This document shows, piece by piece, positions 20,290-31,670 of a stretch of 64,000 bases of DNA (the first letter of the stretch is position 1; every line of letters starts with the position of its first letter). The notes under the pieces are model-generated. The model worked only from the letters and a program-made list of their open reading frames with translations. It did not search any database and was not told where the DNA came from. The stretch is from the NCBI GenBank assembly GCA_963827475.1, contig CAWHAZ010000002.1, positions 32,001 through 96,000 of the forward strand, read 5' to 3'. The stretch comes from an uncultured Chloroflexia bacterium (GTDB lineage Bacteria > Chloroflexota > Limnocylindria > QHBO01). A program made the position numbers and the translations under genes.

Positions 20290-20907
20290 ATGACCGAGCA
20301 CCTCGACCTCGCCGACTGGCGCCGGCGGGTGGCGGAGATGTATGCCGATCTCCGCGCCGATCCGACACCCGCCGCCGAGCGGCTGGCGACGTTCCGCGCC
20401 GAACGGGATCGGCTGTTCGCCAGCCATCCCCAGTCCCCCATCGCCGAGGCGGCGCGACCTGGCTTCCGGGGTCTGTCGTACTGGCCGTACGACGCCGCAT
20501 GGCGCCTCACCGGGCGGTTCGAGCCCGATCCAGCCGCGCCAGCGACCGACGTGCCGGTTTCGACCGGCGATCCGTTCGCGTTCAGTCGCATCGGTTGGGC
20601 CTCCGCCGACGCGCCAGGCGGGACTCTTCGGCTGGGCGTCTACTGGCTGTCGGGATACGGAGGCGGCATCTTCATCCCGTTTCGGGATGCCACCAGCGGC
20701 TCGGAGACCTACGGCGGCGGGCGGTACCTGTGGGACTCGGTCAAGGGCGCGGACCTCGGATCGGGGGGCGGTGGCGGAGCCCTCGTCCTCGACTTCAACT
20801 ACGCCTACCACCCCTCCTGCACCTACGACCCGCAGTGGAGCTGCCCGCTCGCGCCGCGCGAGAACTGGCTGGAGGTGCCTGTCCACGCCGGGGAGCGGCT
20901 CCCGTGA
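20290..20907 (+). CDS. DUF1684 family protein
   Basis: FRDATSGSETYGGGRYL, LDFNYAYHPSC.Y....CPLAP.EN.L...V.AGE. Confidence 0.9.
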   Translation: MTEHLDLADWRRRVAEMYADLRADPTPAAERLATFRAERDRLFASHPQSPIAEAARPGFRGLSYWPYDAAWRLTGRFEPDPAAPATDVPVSTGDPFAFSRIGWASADAPGGTLRLGVYWLSGYGGGIFIPFRDATSGSETYGGGRYLWDSVKGADLGSGGGGGALVLDFNYAYHPSCTYDPQWSCPLAPRENWLEVPVHAGERLP

Positions 20908-21382
20908 CCGGCTCCCCCGAGGGCCTGCCCGCGTTCGGCACGCCCGGCCTGTGCCTGAAGTGCGGCCGCCCGATCGACCCCGAGGAAACGATGTGCGAGG
21001 TCTGCAACCGAGCCGGGATGACCTCGCCGGCCGCAACCCAGATGCACGGCACGGTGGCGGTCGCCATCATTGGCGCCGTGGTCGGGATGGGCCTCGTGGC
21101 GGGCTTGCTGGTCGGTGGAGCGGGGCCGTACGGTGCTGAGGTCGTCGCCGTGGGGCCGGTGGCGGAGGCCGCGGTGGTCGTGACCGTGGACGTGGCGAAC
21201 GACGGCACGCGGGAGGGCCGGGCCCGATGCGAGCTCACGGCCGTCGACGCGGTCTGGGCACCCCCATCGCTCGAACGGTCGCGCTCTCGCCGGCCGTTCC
21301 CCCGGGCGAATCGGTCCCGTTCGATGCCCAGATCCCGGGCCTGACCACTGACCCGGCGGGAGTGGAAGTGCGCTGCCAATGA
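20904..21382 (+). CDS. Hypothetical membrane protein with N-terminal CxxC-CxxC zinc ribbon (frameshift near 21255)
   Basis: GTGA overlap; CLKCGRPIDPEETMCEVCN, one TM helix, C-terminal ...GESVPFDAQIPGLTTDPAGVEVRCQ*. Confidence 0.7.
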
Positions 21383-23077
21383 ACGTCGGACCAAGGCGCG
21401 GGCTGGCCCTTGCGGCAGCCATGGCTGGTGCCGTGCTGATCGTTGGTCCGGCGCTGGCGGGCGCCCCGTTCCCGGATCCGGTCGTCGACCAGGCGGTCTA
21501 CGACGAGGCAGGCATCCTCGACCCGGCCACCGAGGCGGAGCTCGAGTCGCGGATCGACGCGCTCGAGGCCCGCAGCGGGGCGGAGGTGGTCATCTACCTC
21601 CAGCTCGACCCGTTCCAGGACAACGAGTCGAACCTTGCCGCGGCGGAGAGCCTGATGAACCAGTGGGGCATCGGTCGGCTGGGCTACGACGACGGATTCG
21701 TGATCCTGGTCAGCTTCGAGGAGGACCTGGTCCACGGCGTCCTCAGCACCTACGCCGGCAGCGGGTTCGAGGTCTGCGTACCTGTCGGAGGACGAGCAGA
21801 CCGAGCTGCGCGACGAGGTGATGGTTCCCTTGTTCCAGGCAGAGCGCGTGGGGGACGGTCTGCTGGCCGCGATGGACGTCATCGAAGACGAGGTCACCCC
21901 GGAGGCGACCGCCAGCATGGACACCTACCGCTTGGTGAACGCGGTGGTCGGCATCCCGGGGGCGGCCATCATCCTGGTCGCGACCGTCGGGACGGCTGTC
22001 TTCCAGTGGCGTCGCCACGGGGACGATCCGGACCTGGTCGACTCCCCGTCGGTGCTCATGGCCGGGCCGCCGGCCGACATGACCCCGCCGCTGGCGACCG
22101 TCCTGCGCGAGGGCCGCGCCACCGGCAACGCGCTGCGGACCATACTCGTTCAGCTCGCCGGCAGTGGGCTGATCCGCTTCCGTAACCTCGATCAGGCCAA
22201 GGAAAAGAAGCGCGACGACGAGGCGGACCCGGAGACCGATCCGGCGATCGACCTGCCCGATCCCCCGCTCGACGCCGCCGCCCCGGTGGGTCCACTCGGC
22301 GAGGCGTACCGCGAGCTCCTGGCCCGCGGCGGATCGAGTCGAACCCTGAGCCGCGAGCCGCTGTGGGGCGTGAACGAGGGCCTCGACCCCATCAAGCGCC
22401 AGCTCGAGCAGGAGGTGGTCCGCCTCGGCTGGCTCACGCGGCTGCCGACGCCGGTCATCCGGAAGTGGGTCTTCGTCGGCGTCGGGGAGCTGGTTCTCGG
22501 CGGCCTGAGCCTCTTCTTCGGCTTCTCGATCCCGATGAGCGGGCTGACCCTGGTCGGGATCGCGCTCATCGGCGGCGGGCTGGTCACGATGGCGTTCGGC
22601 GGCCAGATGTCCAAGCGCACCCCGAACGGGGCCTACGTCGACGCCATGCTGAAGGCGTACCGGCGCACGCTGGAGAAGACCCTGGCCCAGGCCCGCTCGA
22701 TGGCCGAGGTCGCGACAGAGCCCACCGTACGAGTCCTGGCCGACACGCCGGACAAGGCCGTCGTCTGGGGGGTGGCGCTCGGGCTCCACAAAGAGGTTGG
22801 CGAGGTGCTGGCCCGGGAGCTCGCGGATCCGCAGATGCGGGCCATGGCCCAGGCGTCGGGCTCGTACTACCCGGTCTACCTGGGCTCGTCGTCATCGTTC
22901 GATGGTTCGGGGAGCGGCGGCAGTGGCAGCCTGTTCTCGGGGTCCGGCATTCCCGACGTGGGCGGCATGATCGGGACCCTGGGCAGCATCGGGTCCGCGC
23001 CGGCCTCGTCGAGCAGCGGCGGCGGCTTCGGAGGGGGTGGGGGCGGGGGCGGAGGCGGTGGGTCGAGCGGCTTCTGA
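21379..23077 (+). CDS. TPM-domain / DUF2207-like membrane protein with Gly-rich tail (frameshift near 21775)
   Basis: Signal peptide, VYDEAGIL...WGIGRLGYDDG (TPM-like), then PPADMTP, TM pair, MSKRTPNGA and SSSSGGGFGGGGGGGGGGGSSGF*. Confidence 0.8.
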
Positions 23078-23125
23078 GCCATTACAAACTTTGCGCGGGT
23101 TTCAAAACTTCGGTATGGTGGGTCC

Positions 23126-23956
23126 ATGGCCTATGACCGCGACCGTCGCCCACCACGCCGGCGACCCGATGACCGGCGACCGGGACCCGATCGCTATCGA
23201 CCCTCCGACCGTCCTTCCGACCGGCCTTCCGATCGGCCCTCCGACCGCCCTTCCGACCGCCCGTATCGTGGCGGCCGACCTCCGTACCAGTCAGGACCCC
23301 GCCCGCCGCGTCCGATGGCCGACGAAGGGGGCATGAACATCCGCCTCGACCCGCGCCACCTCGGCACGCTGCGCGCCCTTGCCTCCGAGGCGGGAGTGCG
23401 GCCCGGCGAGCTGGTCACGCTGTGGGTCACCGAGCGACTGGATGCCGAGCGAAGCGGCGCGCCGTCACCCGGCGCGATCGGGCCGGTGCTCGAGTCGCTG
23501 AACGACCGGATCGAGGCCCTGTCGCGCCGGGTCGACGCCCTGGCCGGGGGCCCCGTCCCCTCGAGCGTGGAGCACGTGCCGCCAACGAGTGACGGGCAGG
23601 ACGCAAACGGCAAGAAGAAGAAGAAGCGGGGCCGGCCCGCGAAGGCAACCACCGCTGACACGTCCGACAGCGCGGAGGCGGCACCGGCGAAACGGCGTCG
23701 GGCCACCGGCTCGAAGACGAAGAAGACGCGCGGCAAGAACCCGGCAGTGCCGCTCCACGAGGAGATCGCCGCGATCCTCGCCGAGCGCGGGCCGATGAAC
23801 GCGGCCGAACTGGCCGAGGCCGTGACCGAGCGCGGGATCTACGCCCCGCCCCGCAGCAGCAAGGCGCTGGACGCGACCGCCGTCAGCGTGCGGGTTTCGA
23901 ACCCGCGCTATCGGTCCCGCTTCACCCGGGCCGAAGGGAAGATCGGGCTCGCCTAG
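23126..23956 (+). CDS. Putative DNA-binding protein: RPSD repeats, ribbon-helix-helix-like segment, AT-hook and C-terminal winged HTH (HARE-HTH-like)
   Basis: MNIRLDPRHLGTLRALASEAGVRPGELVTLWV; KKKKKRGRPAK; LHEEIAAILAERGPMNAAELAEAVTERGIY. TATGGT -10 lies 6 nt before the ATG. Confidence 0.65.
   Translation: MAYDRDRRPPRRRPDDRRPGPDRYRPSDRPSDRPSDRPSDRPSDRPYRGGRPPYQSGPRPPRPMADEGGMNIRLDPRHLGTLRALASEAGVRPGELVTLWVTERLDAERSGAPSPGAIGPVLESLNDRIEALSRRVDALAGGPVPSSVEHVPPTSDGQDANGKKKKKRGRPAKATTADTSDSAEAAPAKRRRATGSKTKKTRGKNPAVPLHEEIAAILAERGPMNAAELAEAVTERGIYAPPRSSKALDATAVSVRVSNPRYRSRFTRAEGKIGLA
23198..23257 (+). repeat. Five tandem 12-nt units encoding (RPSD)5
   Basis: cgN-ccN-tcc-gaY repeated five times. 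Confidence 0.9.
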
Positions 23957-24156
23957 TCTTCGAGGACGAACGTCACCAGGATGTTGGCCTGGAATTCGAT
24001 CTCCCCATTGCCCCCGACGTTGACCCGCTGCTCCTTGACCCACGCCCCCTTCACACCGCGCAACGTGCGCTGGGCGCGCTCGACTCCCTGACGGACGGCA
24101 TCCTCGAAGCTCTCGCTCGAGGTGCAGCTCAGCTCGGTGACCCTGGCGACCGACAT
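23953..24156 (-). CDS. Dodecin family flavin-binding protein
   Basis: 67 aa, VARVTEL..TSSESFEDAVRQGVERA..TLRGV, VTFVLE. Confidence 0.92.
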   Translation of the reverse strand: MSVARVTELSCTSSESFEDAVRQGVERAQRTLRGVKGAWVKEQRVNVGGNGEIEFQANILVTFVLED

Positions 24157-24193
24157 CGGTATCTCCTCCAGATCAGACGGGTGAGCCGCCAGT

Positions 24194-25135
24194 CTACGGG
24201 AGGGTCAGGATCCGGCGCGGATTGTCGACCATGATCCGCTCCAGCTCGCCCTCCCCCACCGCCGCCGTGCGGAGCGCCGGCAGGAAGTGCTGCTGGAGGT
24301 ACGTGTAGCCGAAGCCACCGTTCGCCTTCAGCTGCATGTCGTGGCACACGTCCTGGCTGAGCAGGACCTGGGCGCCGTAGCCACGATCCAGCAGGTCGAC
24401 CAGCAGCTCGACGACCCGTGGCTCGCGCGCCTCGTCGACAGGGTCGAACCGATGCCCGAGGAAGTCGAACTGGAGGTTCGCCCCGCGGTCGAGGATGGCG
24501 AGGTAGTGGTCAAGGTCGGGCCACGAGTCGGCATGACCGATGACGATGCGGGCCGGATCCAGGCCCTCGGCCAGCAGGAGGTCGAGCTGTGCCTGGCCCA
24601 CCGTGGACTGCACGCCGTGGGTGGTCACCGCCATCCCGGTTCGCAGCGCGGCACGAGCCGCGGCCCGGTGGACTCGCTCCTCGACAGCGGCGATCCACGG
24701 CTTGTCGGTCCCGATCTCGCCGATGATCCCCGGCCGGATGCCCGTCTCCCCCACGCCGTGCTCGAACTCGGCGACGAGCTCGTCGGCGAGGTCATCCACC
24801 GAGCGGCGATCGATCAGGGCCTCGACCGGGAAATACGGCGCCCGATACCAGCCGCAGCCCATCACGATCTGGACGCCGGTCCGGCCGGCCAGTCGGCGCA
24901 GGCGCTCCGGGTCGCGGCCGATGCCCGGCACGGTGAGGTCGACCAGGGTGCGCCCGCCGCGTCGGCGGAAGTCCCGCAGCTCCTCGGCCACCGTCAGCTC
25001 GTCCGCGGCGAGCTCCCAGTAGTCGAACCGACCGGGGATATGCCACAGCGAGATCCTGGTGTGCTCGTGGGGGAGGGCGAAGCCGACGCGGTCGGGTGGG
25101 ATCGGCCCAGAGACAGTCATAACCCGGGGAGCCAT
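24194..25135 (-). CDS. Phosphotriesterase-family amidohydrolase
   Basis: HEH, GIIGEIG, TTH, IGHAD, LLSQD, DNPRRIL metal-ligand motifs. Confidence 0.93.
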   Translation of the reverse strand: MAPRVMTVSGPIPPDRVGFALPHEHTRISLWHIPGRFDYWELAADELTVAEELRDFRRRGGRTLVDLTVPGIGRDPERLRRLAGRTGVQIVMGCGWYRAPYFPVEALIDRRSVDDLADELVAEFEHGVGETGIRPGIIGEIGTDKPWIAAVEERVHRAAARAALRTGMAVTTHGVQSTVGQAQLDLLLAEGLDPARIVIGHADSWPDLDHYLAILDRGANLQFDFLGHRFDPVDEAREPRVVELLVDLLDRGYGAQVLLSQDVCHDMQLKANGGFGYTYLQQHFLPALRTAAVGEGELERIMVDNPRRILTLP

Positions 25136-25324
25136 GGCGGTACCTCGGTTCGGGCGCCGGTCGGGATCAGCGGACCGCCGGCGTCACAGGTGGATGGACC
25201 GATCCATGGTGCCACTCTGCACCCCGCGCGCGCAAAGGGGCTTACACGTGATCCCGGCAAGTGCTACAACACCCCGGACGGCCGCCCGATTCGACGGCCA
25301 GGACCAATTGGAGGTCAGTGGACG

Positions 25325-25906
25325 ATGAATCAACGGCCAACCGGGGTCACCATCCTGGCCATCCTCGCCTTCATCGGCGGGGCCTTTGGCATCCTGGGTG
25401 CGTTGGCTCTCCTGGGGCTCGGCTTCGCATTCGCCGGGGTTGCCGGAGGTGGACTCAGTTTCATCTTCGGGATCGTGCTCCTCGCCCTCAGCATCCTGTA
25501 CCTGTGGATCGGCTGGGGCTTCTGGAACCTGAAGCGCAGCGCGTGGAGCCTCGGCCTCGTGGTATTCGGGGCCGGAATCTTGATCACCTTCATCGAGTTC
25601 CTTCTCGGCTACGCGACGCTCACCAACGTGATCGTCACCATCGTGATCAACGGGATCGTCATCTACTACCTGTTGACACCGGCTGTGAAGGCCGCCTTCG
25701 GGGTCACCGGTGACCTGCAGAGCGCGGTGATGGGCGGACTGCCGGGAGGTTCGGGGGCGGCTGCCGCCTCGGCTCCCCCGACGGCTCCTCCGGCCGCGCC
25801 CCCCGCCGAGCCGCCTGCGGCGCCGCCGCCGGCCAGCACCTGGACCGGCGATTCCGCCGGCGGGTCTGCATCGGGCGGGACCGAAGACCGCGACCCGAAC
25901 GCCTAG
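25325..25906 (+). CDS. Four-TM hypothetical membrane protein with Pro/Ala-rich tail
   Basis: SD GGAGG then MNQRPTGVTILAIL...GFWNLKRSAW...YYLLTPAVKAAF. Confidence 0.8.
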   Translation: MNQRPTGVTILAILAFIGGAFGILGALALLGLGFAFAGVAGGGLSFIFGIVLLALSILYLWIGWGFWNLKRSAWSLGLVVFGAGILITFIEFLLGYATLTNVIVTIVINGIVIYYLLTPAVKAAFGVTGDLQSAVMGGLPGGSGAAAASAPPTAPPAAPPAEPPAAPPPASTWTGDSAGGSASGGTEDRDPNA

Positions 25907-25996
25907 TCGTTCAGCCAGCCGGGTTCGCATCTCGCGCCCGGTCGTGGGCGCCCGGCGGTCAGCCGCCGAGGCGCCCACCGTGGTCTCTAGCCGCCG

Positions 25997-27265
<1,269 letters not shown>

Positions 27266-27271
27266 CGGTGG

Positions 27272-28675
27272 GTGGCAGACCAGCATCACACCGCCGAGGC
27301 GCACGACGGGCCCGAACGCTACGGAGGCGACGGGCTCGACTTTGACCGCGACCGGCTGACCCTTCGATTCGAGAACCGCGAGCTGGAGCGCGCCTTTCAG
27401 CTCGACCTCGGCTCACGCCTGATCCTCCAGCTCAGGCTCGGCCTGCTCCTGGCCGTCGGACTTTGGATCACCTCCGGCCTGCTGCTGATCGTGATCTACG
27501 CGATCGATCCGGTGACCATGGCCCTGGCGGTATCGGTCCCGATCGCGATCGTGCTGGGCGGAATCGCGATGATGCCCCGCTTCCAATCGTGGGACGCGCA
27601 GCAGATCGTGAACGGCGTCATCAACCTCTCCGGCGGTCTGTCGATGATCTTCATCTCGACCCGCATTGCCCCGGTTCCCGAACTGTTGGGGACGGTCCTC
27701 ATCCTGAACTCGATCTTCGCCTTCAGCGTGGTCCGGATCGGGTTCGTCGTCGGTTTGGCCGCCGGGCTGCCGGTCCTCATCTGGCTCGGCGCCCTGGCGT
27801 GGATCGGGACATACTCGGAGATCGGGTGGTTCACGGTCTTCCTCGTCGCTTCCGGCCTGGGGGCAGCCGCCTTTGGGGCGTACATGCTCGAATCCTCGAG
27901 CCGGGCCCGCTTCCTCCAGCGCCAGGACCTGGCCGATCAGGGCGAGGCGCTCGCCGTCGAGAAGGCGAAGTCCGATCGCCTGCTGCACACGATGCTGCCC
28001 GCGTCCATCGCCGACCGGCTGCGGGAAGAGGAGAAGGTCGCCGACGCGATCCAGGACGCGACGGTCATCTTCGCCGACCTGGTCGGCTTCACCTCCATTG
28101 GCCAGGATCTGGCACCTACCGAGCTGGTCGACGTTCTGAACCGGCTCTTCGGCCGCTTCGACGAGCTCGCCGAGCACCATGGGCTGGAGAAGATCAAGAC
28201 CATCGGCGACGGCTACATGGCCGTGGCCGGCGTCCCGCTGGCGGTCGATGACCATGCCGATCGGGCGGTCCGCTTCGCGCTCGACATCCTGCCGGTCACC
28301 GAGGAGCTTGCCGTGGAGCTCAAGCTGCCGCTGCGGCTCCGGGTCGGGATCCACAGCGGACCGCTGGTGGCGGGCGTCATCGGCAAGGACAAGCTCGCCT
28401 ACGACCTATGGGGCGACACCGTGAACGTTGCCAGCCGGATGGAGTCCCAGGGCATGCCCGGCCGGATCCAGGTCAGCGAGGCCACCGCCGAGCGGCTGAC
28501 GACCGGGGTCGGGCTGGAGCCGCGCGGCACGATCGAGGTCCGCAATCGCGGACCGATGCGGGTGCTCCTGGTCAGCATGCCGGACGAGGCGACGACCGAC
28601 CTGCCGACATCCGCGGAGACCGATACGGCCGAAGGCACTGGGCCAGCCGAGCTGGCCGAGACCGCCCGGAGCTGA
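27272..28675 (+). CDS. Membrane-bound class III adenylate cyclase (about 6 TM)
   Basis: FADLVGFT, EKIKTIGDGYM, LRVGIHSG, YDLWGDTVNVASRMES; the K/D pair indicates ATP specificity. Confidence 0.93.
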   Translation: MADQHHTAEAHDGPERYGGDGLDFDRDRLTLRFENRELERAFQLDLGSRLILQLRLGLLLAVGLWITSGLLLIVIYAIDPVTMALAVSVPIAIVLGGIAMMPRFQSWDAQQIVNGVINLSGGLSMIFISTRIAPVPELLGTVLILNSIFAFSVVRIGFVVGLAAGLPVLIWLGALAWIGTYSEIGWFTVFLVASGLGAAAFGAYMLESSSRARFLQRQDLADQGEALAVEKAKSDRLLHTMLPASIADRLREEEKVADAIQDATVIFADLVGFTSIGQDLAPTELVDVLNRLFGRFDELAEHHGLEKIKTIGDGYMAVAGVPLAVDDHADRAVRFALDILPVTEELAVELKLPLRLRVGIHSGPLVAGVIGKDKLAYDLWGDTVNVASRMESQGMPGRIQVSEATAERLTTGVGLEPRGTIEVRNRGPMRVLLVSMPDEATTDLPTSAETDTAEGTGPAELAETARS

Positions 28676-28678
28676 CCG

Positions 28679-30298
28679 ATGGCCGAGCGGGAGCCGATGC
28701 CGGAGCGCAAGCCGCGGTTCACGACCCAGTCGGGAGTCGAGATCAACCGCCTCTACACCCCGACCGACCTGGCGGAATGGAATGCGGAGCGCGACCTCGG
28801 GCAGCCCGGTGCGCCGCCGTTCACCCGCGGCATCCACCCCACCGGCCACCGCGGGCGGCTGTGGACGATGCGGATGTTCGCCGGCTTCGGCGCGGCAGAG
28901 GACACCAACGCCCGCTTCCATCGGCTCATCGCCGAGGGCGGGACCGGGCTGTCGATCGCCTACGACATGCCGACCCTGTACGGCTACGACCACGACGATC
29001 CCCACGCCGCGGGCGAGTTCGGAACCTGTGGGGTCGCGGTCAGCAGCCTGGCCGACATGGAGATCCTCCTCGCGGGGCTGCCGATCGGCGAGATCAGCAC
29101 CTCGATGACCATCAACTCGCCGGCGGCCATGATCTGGGCGATGTACATCGTGGCCGCCGAGAAGATGGGCGTGCCGCGGGCCGAGCTGAGCGGGACCCTC
29201 CAGAACGACATCCTCAAGGAGTTCATCGCCCAGAAGGAGTACATCTTCCCGCCGGCCCCGTCGTTGCGGCTGGTGACCGACACGGTCGAGTTCGGGACCC
29301 GGGAGCTGCCGCGCTGGAACACGATCAGCATCAGCGGCTACCACATCCGCGAGGCGGGCTCGACCGCGGTCCAGGAGCTCGCGTTCACCCTCGCCGACGG
29401 GATCGCCTACGTGGAGGACGCCCTGGCGCGCGGGATGCGGTTCGACGACTTCGCGCCACGCCTGTCGTTCTTCTTCAACAGCCACAACGACTTCTTCGAG
29501 GAGATCGCGAAGTTCCGCGCCGCGCGCCGGATCTGGTACCGCCTCTGCACCGAGCGGTTCCGGGCCGAGAACGAGCGGTCGACCTGGATGCGCTTCCACA
29601 CCCAGACCGCAGGGGTGTCGCTCACCGCGCAGCAGCCGCTGAACAACCTGACCCGGGTCGCCATCCAGGCCCTGGCCGCGGTCCTGGGCGGGACGCAGTC
29701 ACTCCATACCGACGCGTACGACGAGGCGTGGGCCGTCCCCTCGGAAGCCGCCGCCCTGCTCGCCCTGCGCCAGCAGCAGATCCTGGCCGAGGAGTCCGGC
29801 GTGGCGAACACCGTCGACCCGCTCGGCGGGTCGTACTTCGTCGAGGCGCTCACCAACCAGACCGAGGCGGCCGCGTGGGAGTACCTGCGCCGGATCGACG
29901 AGATGGGCGGCATGCTGCGGGCCGTGGAGGCTGGATACCCACAGGCCGAGGTCGCGGACGCGGCGTACGCCCAGTCCCGTGCGCTGGAAACCGGGGAGCA
30001 CCAGATCGTCGGTGTCACGAAGTACGCCGATCCCGGCGAGGAGGTAGGGATTCCCCTCCTCGAGATCACCGAGGAGATGGAACGGCGCCATCTCGACCGC
30101 CTGGTCCGGGTCCGCGCCGAGCGGGACGCGGACGCGCATGCGCGCGCCCTCACCCGCCTCCACGAGGAGTCGGTCCGCGACGGGGTGAACCTCATGCCCG
30201 CGATCGTCGAGGCGGTGGAGGCCTACGCCACGATCGGCGAGATGTGCGGCGTCCTGCGCAAGGTCTTCGGGGAGTACCGCGAACCCCTGGCGGTCTGA
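28679..30298 (+). CDS. Acyl-CoA mutase large subunit (methylmalonyl-CoA mutase family; isobutyryl-CoA mutase-type signature)
   Basis: [56 protein letters not shown]; no B12 domain, so a split enzyme. Confidence 0.93.
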   Translation: MAEREPMPERKPRFTTQSGVEINRLYTPTDLAEWNAERDLGQPGAPPFTRGIHPTGHRGRLWTMRMFAGFGAAEDTNARFHRLIAEGGTGLSIAYDMPTLYGYDHDDPHAAGEFGTCGVAVSSLADMEILLAGLPIGEISTSMTINSPAAMIWAMYIVAAEKMGVPRAELSGTLQNDILKEFIAQKEYIFPPAPSLRLVTDTVEFGTRELPRWNTISISGYHIREAGSTAVQELAFTLADGIAYVEDALARGMRFDDFAPRLSFFFNSHNDFFEEIAKFRAARRIWYRLCTERFRAENERSTWMRFHTQTAGVSLTAQQPLNNLTRVAIQALAAVLGGTQSLHTDAYDEAWAVPSEAAALLALRQQQILAEESGVANTVDPLGGSYFVEALTNQTEAAAWEYLRRIDEMGGMLRAVEAGYPQAEVADAAYAQSRALETGEHQIVGVTKYADPGEEVGIPLLEITEEMERRHLDRLVRVRAERDADAHARALTRLHEESVRDGVNLMPAIVEAVEAYATIGEMCGVLRKVFGEYREPLAV

Positions 30299-30354
30299 CC
30301 GAGTAGCTATCTTCGGTCTCATGCCTCGGCCGACCCGACGCTCGGAGGTGCCTC

Positions 30355-31657
30355 ATGGGCCGATCCGCGTTCGCGTGGTGGCCACGACCCTGCTCGTCGT
30401 CCTCGTCGGGTGCGCAGTCGCGAGCCCCTCGCCGGATCTATCCGGTGAGCGGCAGCGCGCTCCCGTCGCCCGGCAGGCGCCTCCGCCCTCGACGCGCGCG
30501 GGCTGACCTCGACCTGCTGGTCGACCGGCTGGAGGCGATCCATCCCGAGCCGTGGCACGGCATCAGCCGCGAGGATTTCGTCGCGGAGGTCGAGGCGCTC
30601 CAGGCCGAGTTGCCGGACTGAGCGCCGACAGTCCCTGGTGGCGGTCATGCGTCTGGTGGCGCTGATCAGCGCGAACGGGCGGGACGGGCACATGTTCGCG
30701 TTGCCCATCGACGAGCAGTACGGCACGGCGCTGCCGCTGAGGATCTACGAGTTTGCCGACGGCGTGTTCGTGACGGATGCGATGCCGCCGCACGAGGACC
30801 TCGTCGGGCAGGAGATCGTCGCCGTCGGCGGACGGCCGATCGGCGTCGTCTTGGACGCGCTCGACCCGCTCGTCCCGCGGGACGGGCCTGCAACGGTGCC
30901 GGGTTTCCGCCCGAACTTCTTCCTTCGGGTGGAGGTCCTCCGCGGGCTCGGCCTGGTCGGCCCGGGAGCGGTGGAGCTCACGGTGGCCAAGGACGGCGCG
31001 GAGACCACGGTCGCAATCGAGCCGGTGCCGATGGCCGAGCACGCGGCGTGGGCCGGGCCGGGCGGGATGCGGGCGCTGCCGATCCGCGCCGCGCACTGGC
31101 TCGCTCGGCCGACGGACGTCTTCTACCTCGAGTACTTGCCCGACAGCCGAACCCTGTACGCGCGGTACCGGCAGGTCCAGCCAGTCCCGCAGACCCTGGT
31201 GACCGAGCTCGAGGCTCGCGCCGACGACCCGGACGTCGACCGCGTCGTGCTGGACCTGCGCCAGAACGGTGGCGGCGACAACACGTCCTACGGCCCGTTG
31301 CTGTCGGCGGTGCGCTCCGCGGCCGTGGACCGTCCCGGGCGCCTGTTCCTGTTCACCGATCGGCTGACGTTCTCGGCCGCCGCGAACTTCTCGACCGAGG
31401 TCGAGCAGACCACCACCGCTCGGTTCGCCGGCGAGCCGATGGGCGGGGGCCTGAACTTCTGGAACGACACGACTCCGGTCGAACTCGAGCACCTGCCCGT
31501 GCCGATGCGGGTCGCAGTCAGCTTCCGCTACTGGCAGAAGTCGACGCCGGACGACCCGCGGCTGACGATCGAGCCGGAGATCGGCGTGCCATCGGTCTCC
31601 GCCGACTACTTCGCGGATCGGGACCCGGTGCTGGAGGCGGTGCTCGCCGCCGACTAG
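30355..31657 (+). CDS. S41-family peptidase-like lipoprotein (frameshifts in the 5' part)
   Basis: Lipobox LVGC, ADLDLLVDRLEAIHP, DGH, LPLRIYEFADG, VLDLRQNGGG, TFSAA, GEPMGG. Confidence 0.75.
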
Positions 31658-31670
31658 CCCTACGATTCGC

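Noticed and set aside
23198-23257. CRISPR-like short repeats
   Set aside because: Contiguous 12-nt coding repeats with wobble variation and no spacers; no cas genes in the window.
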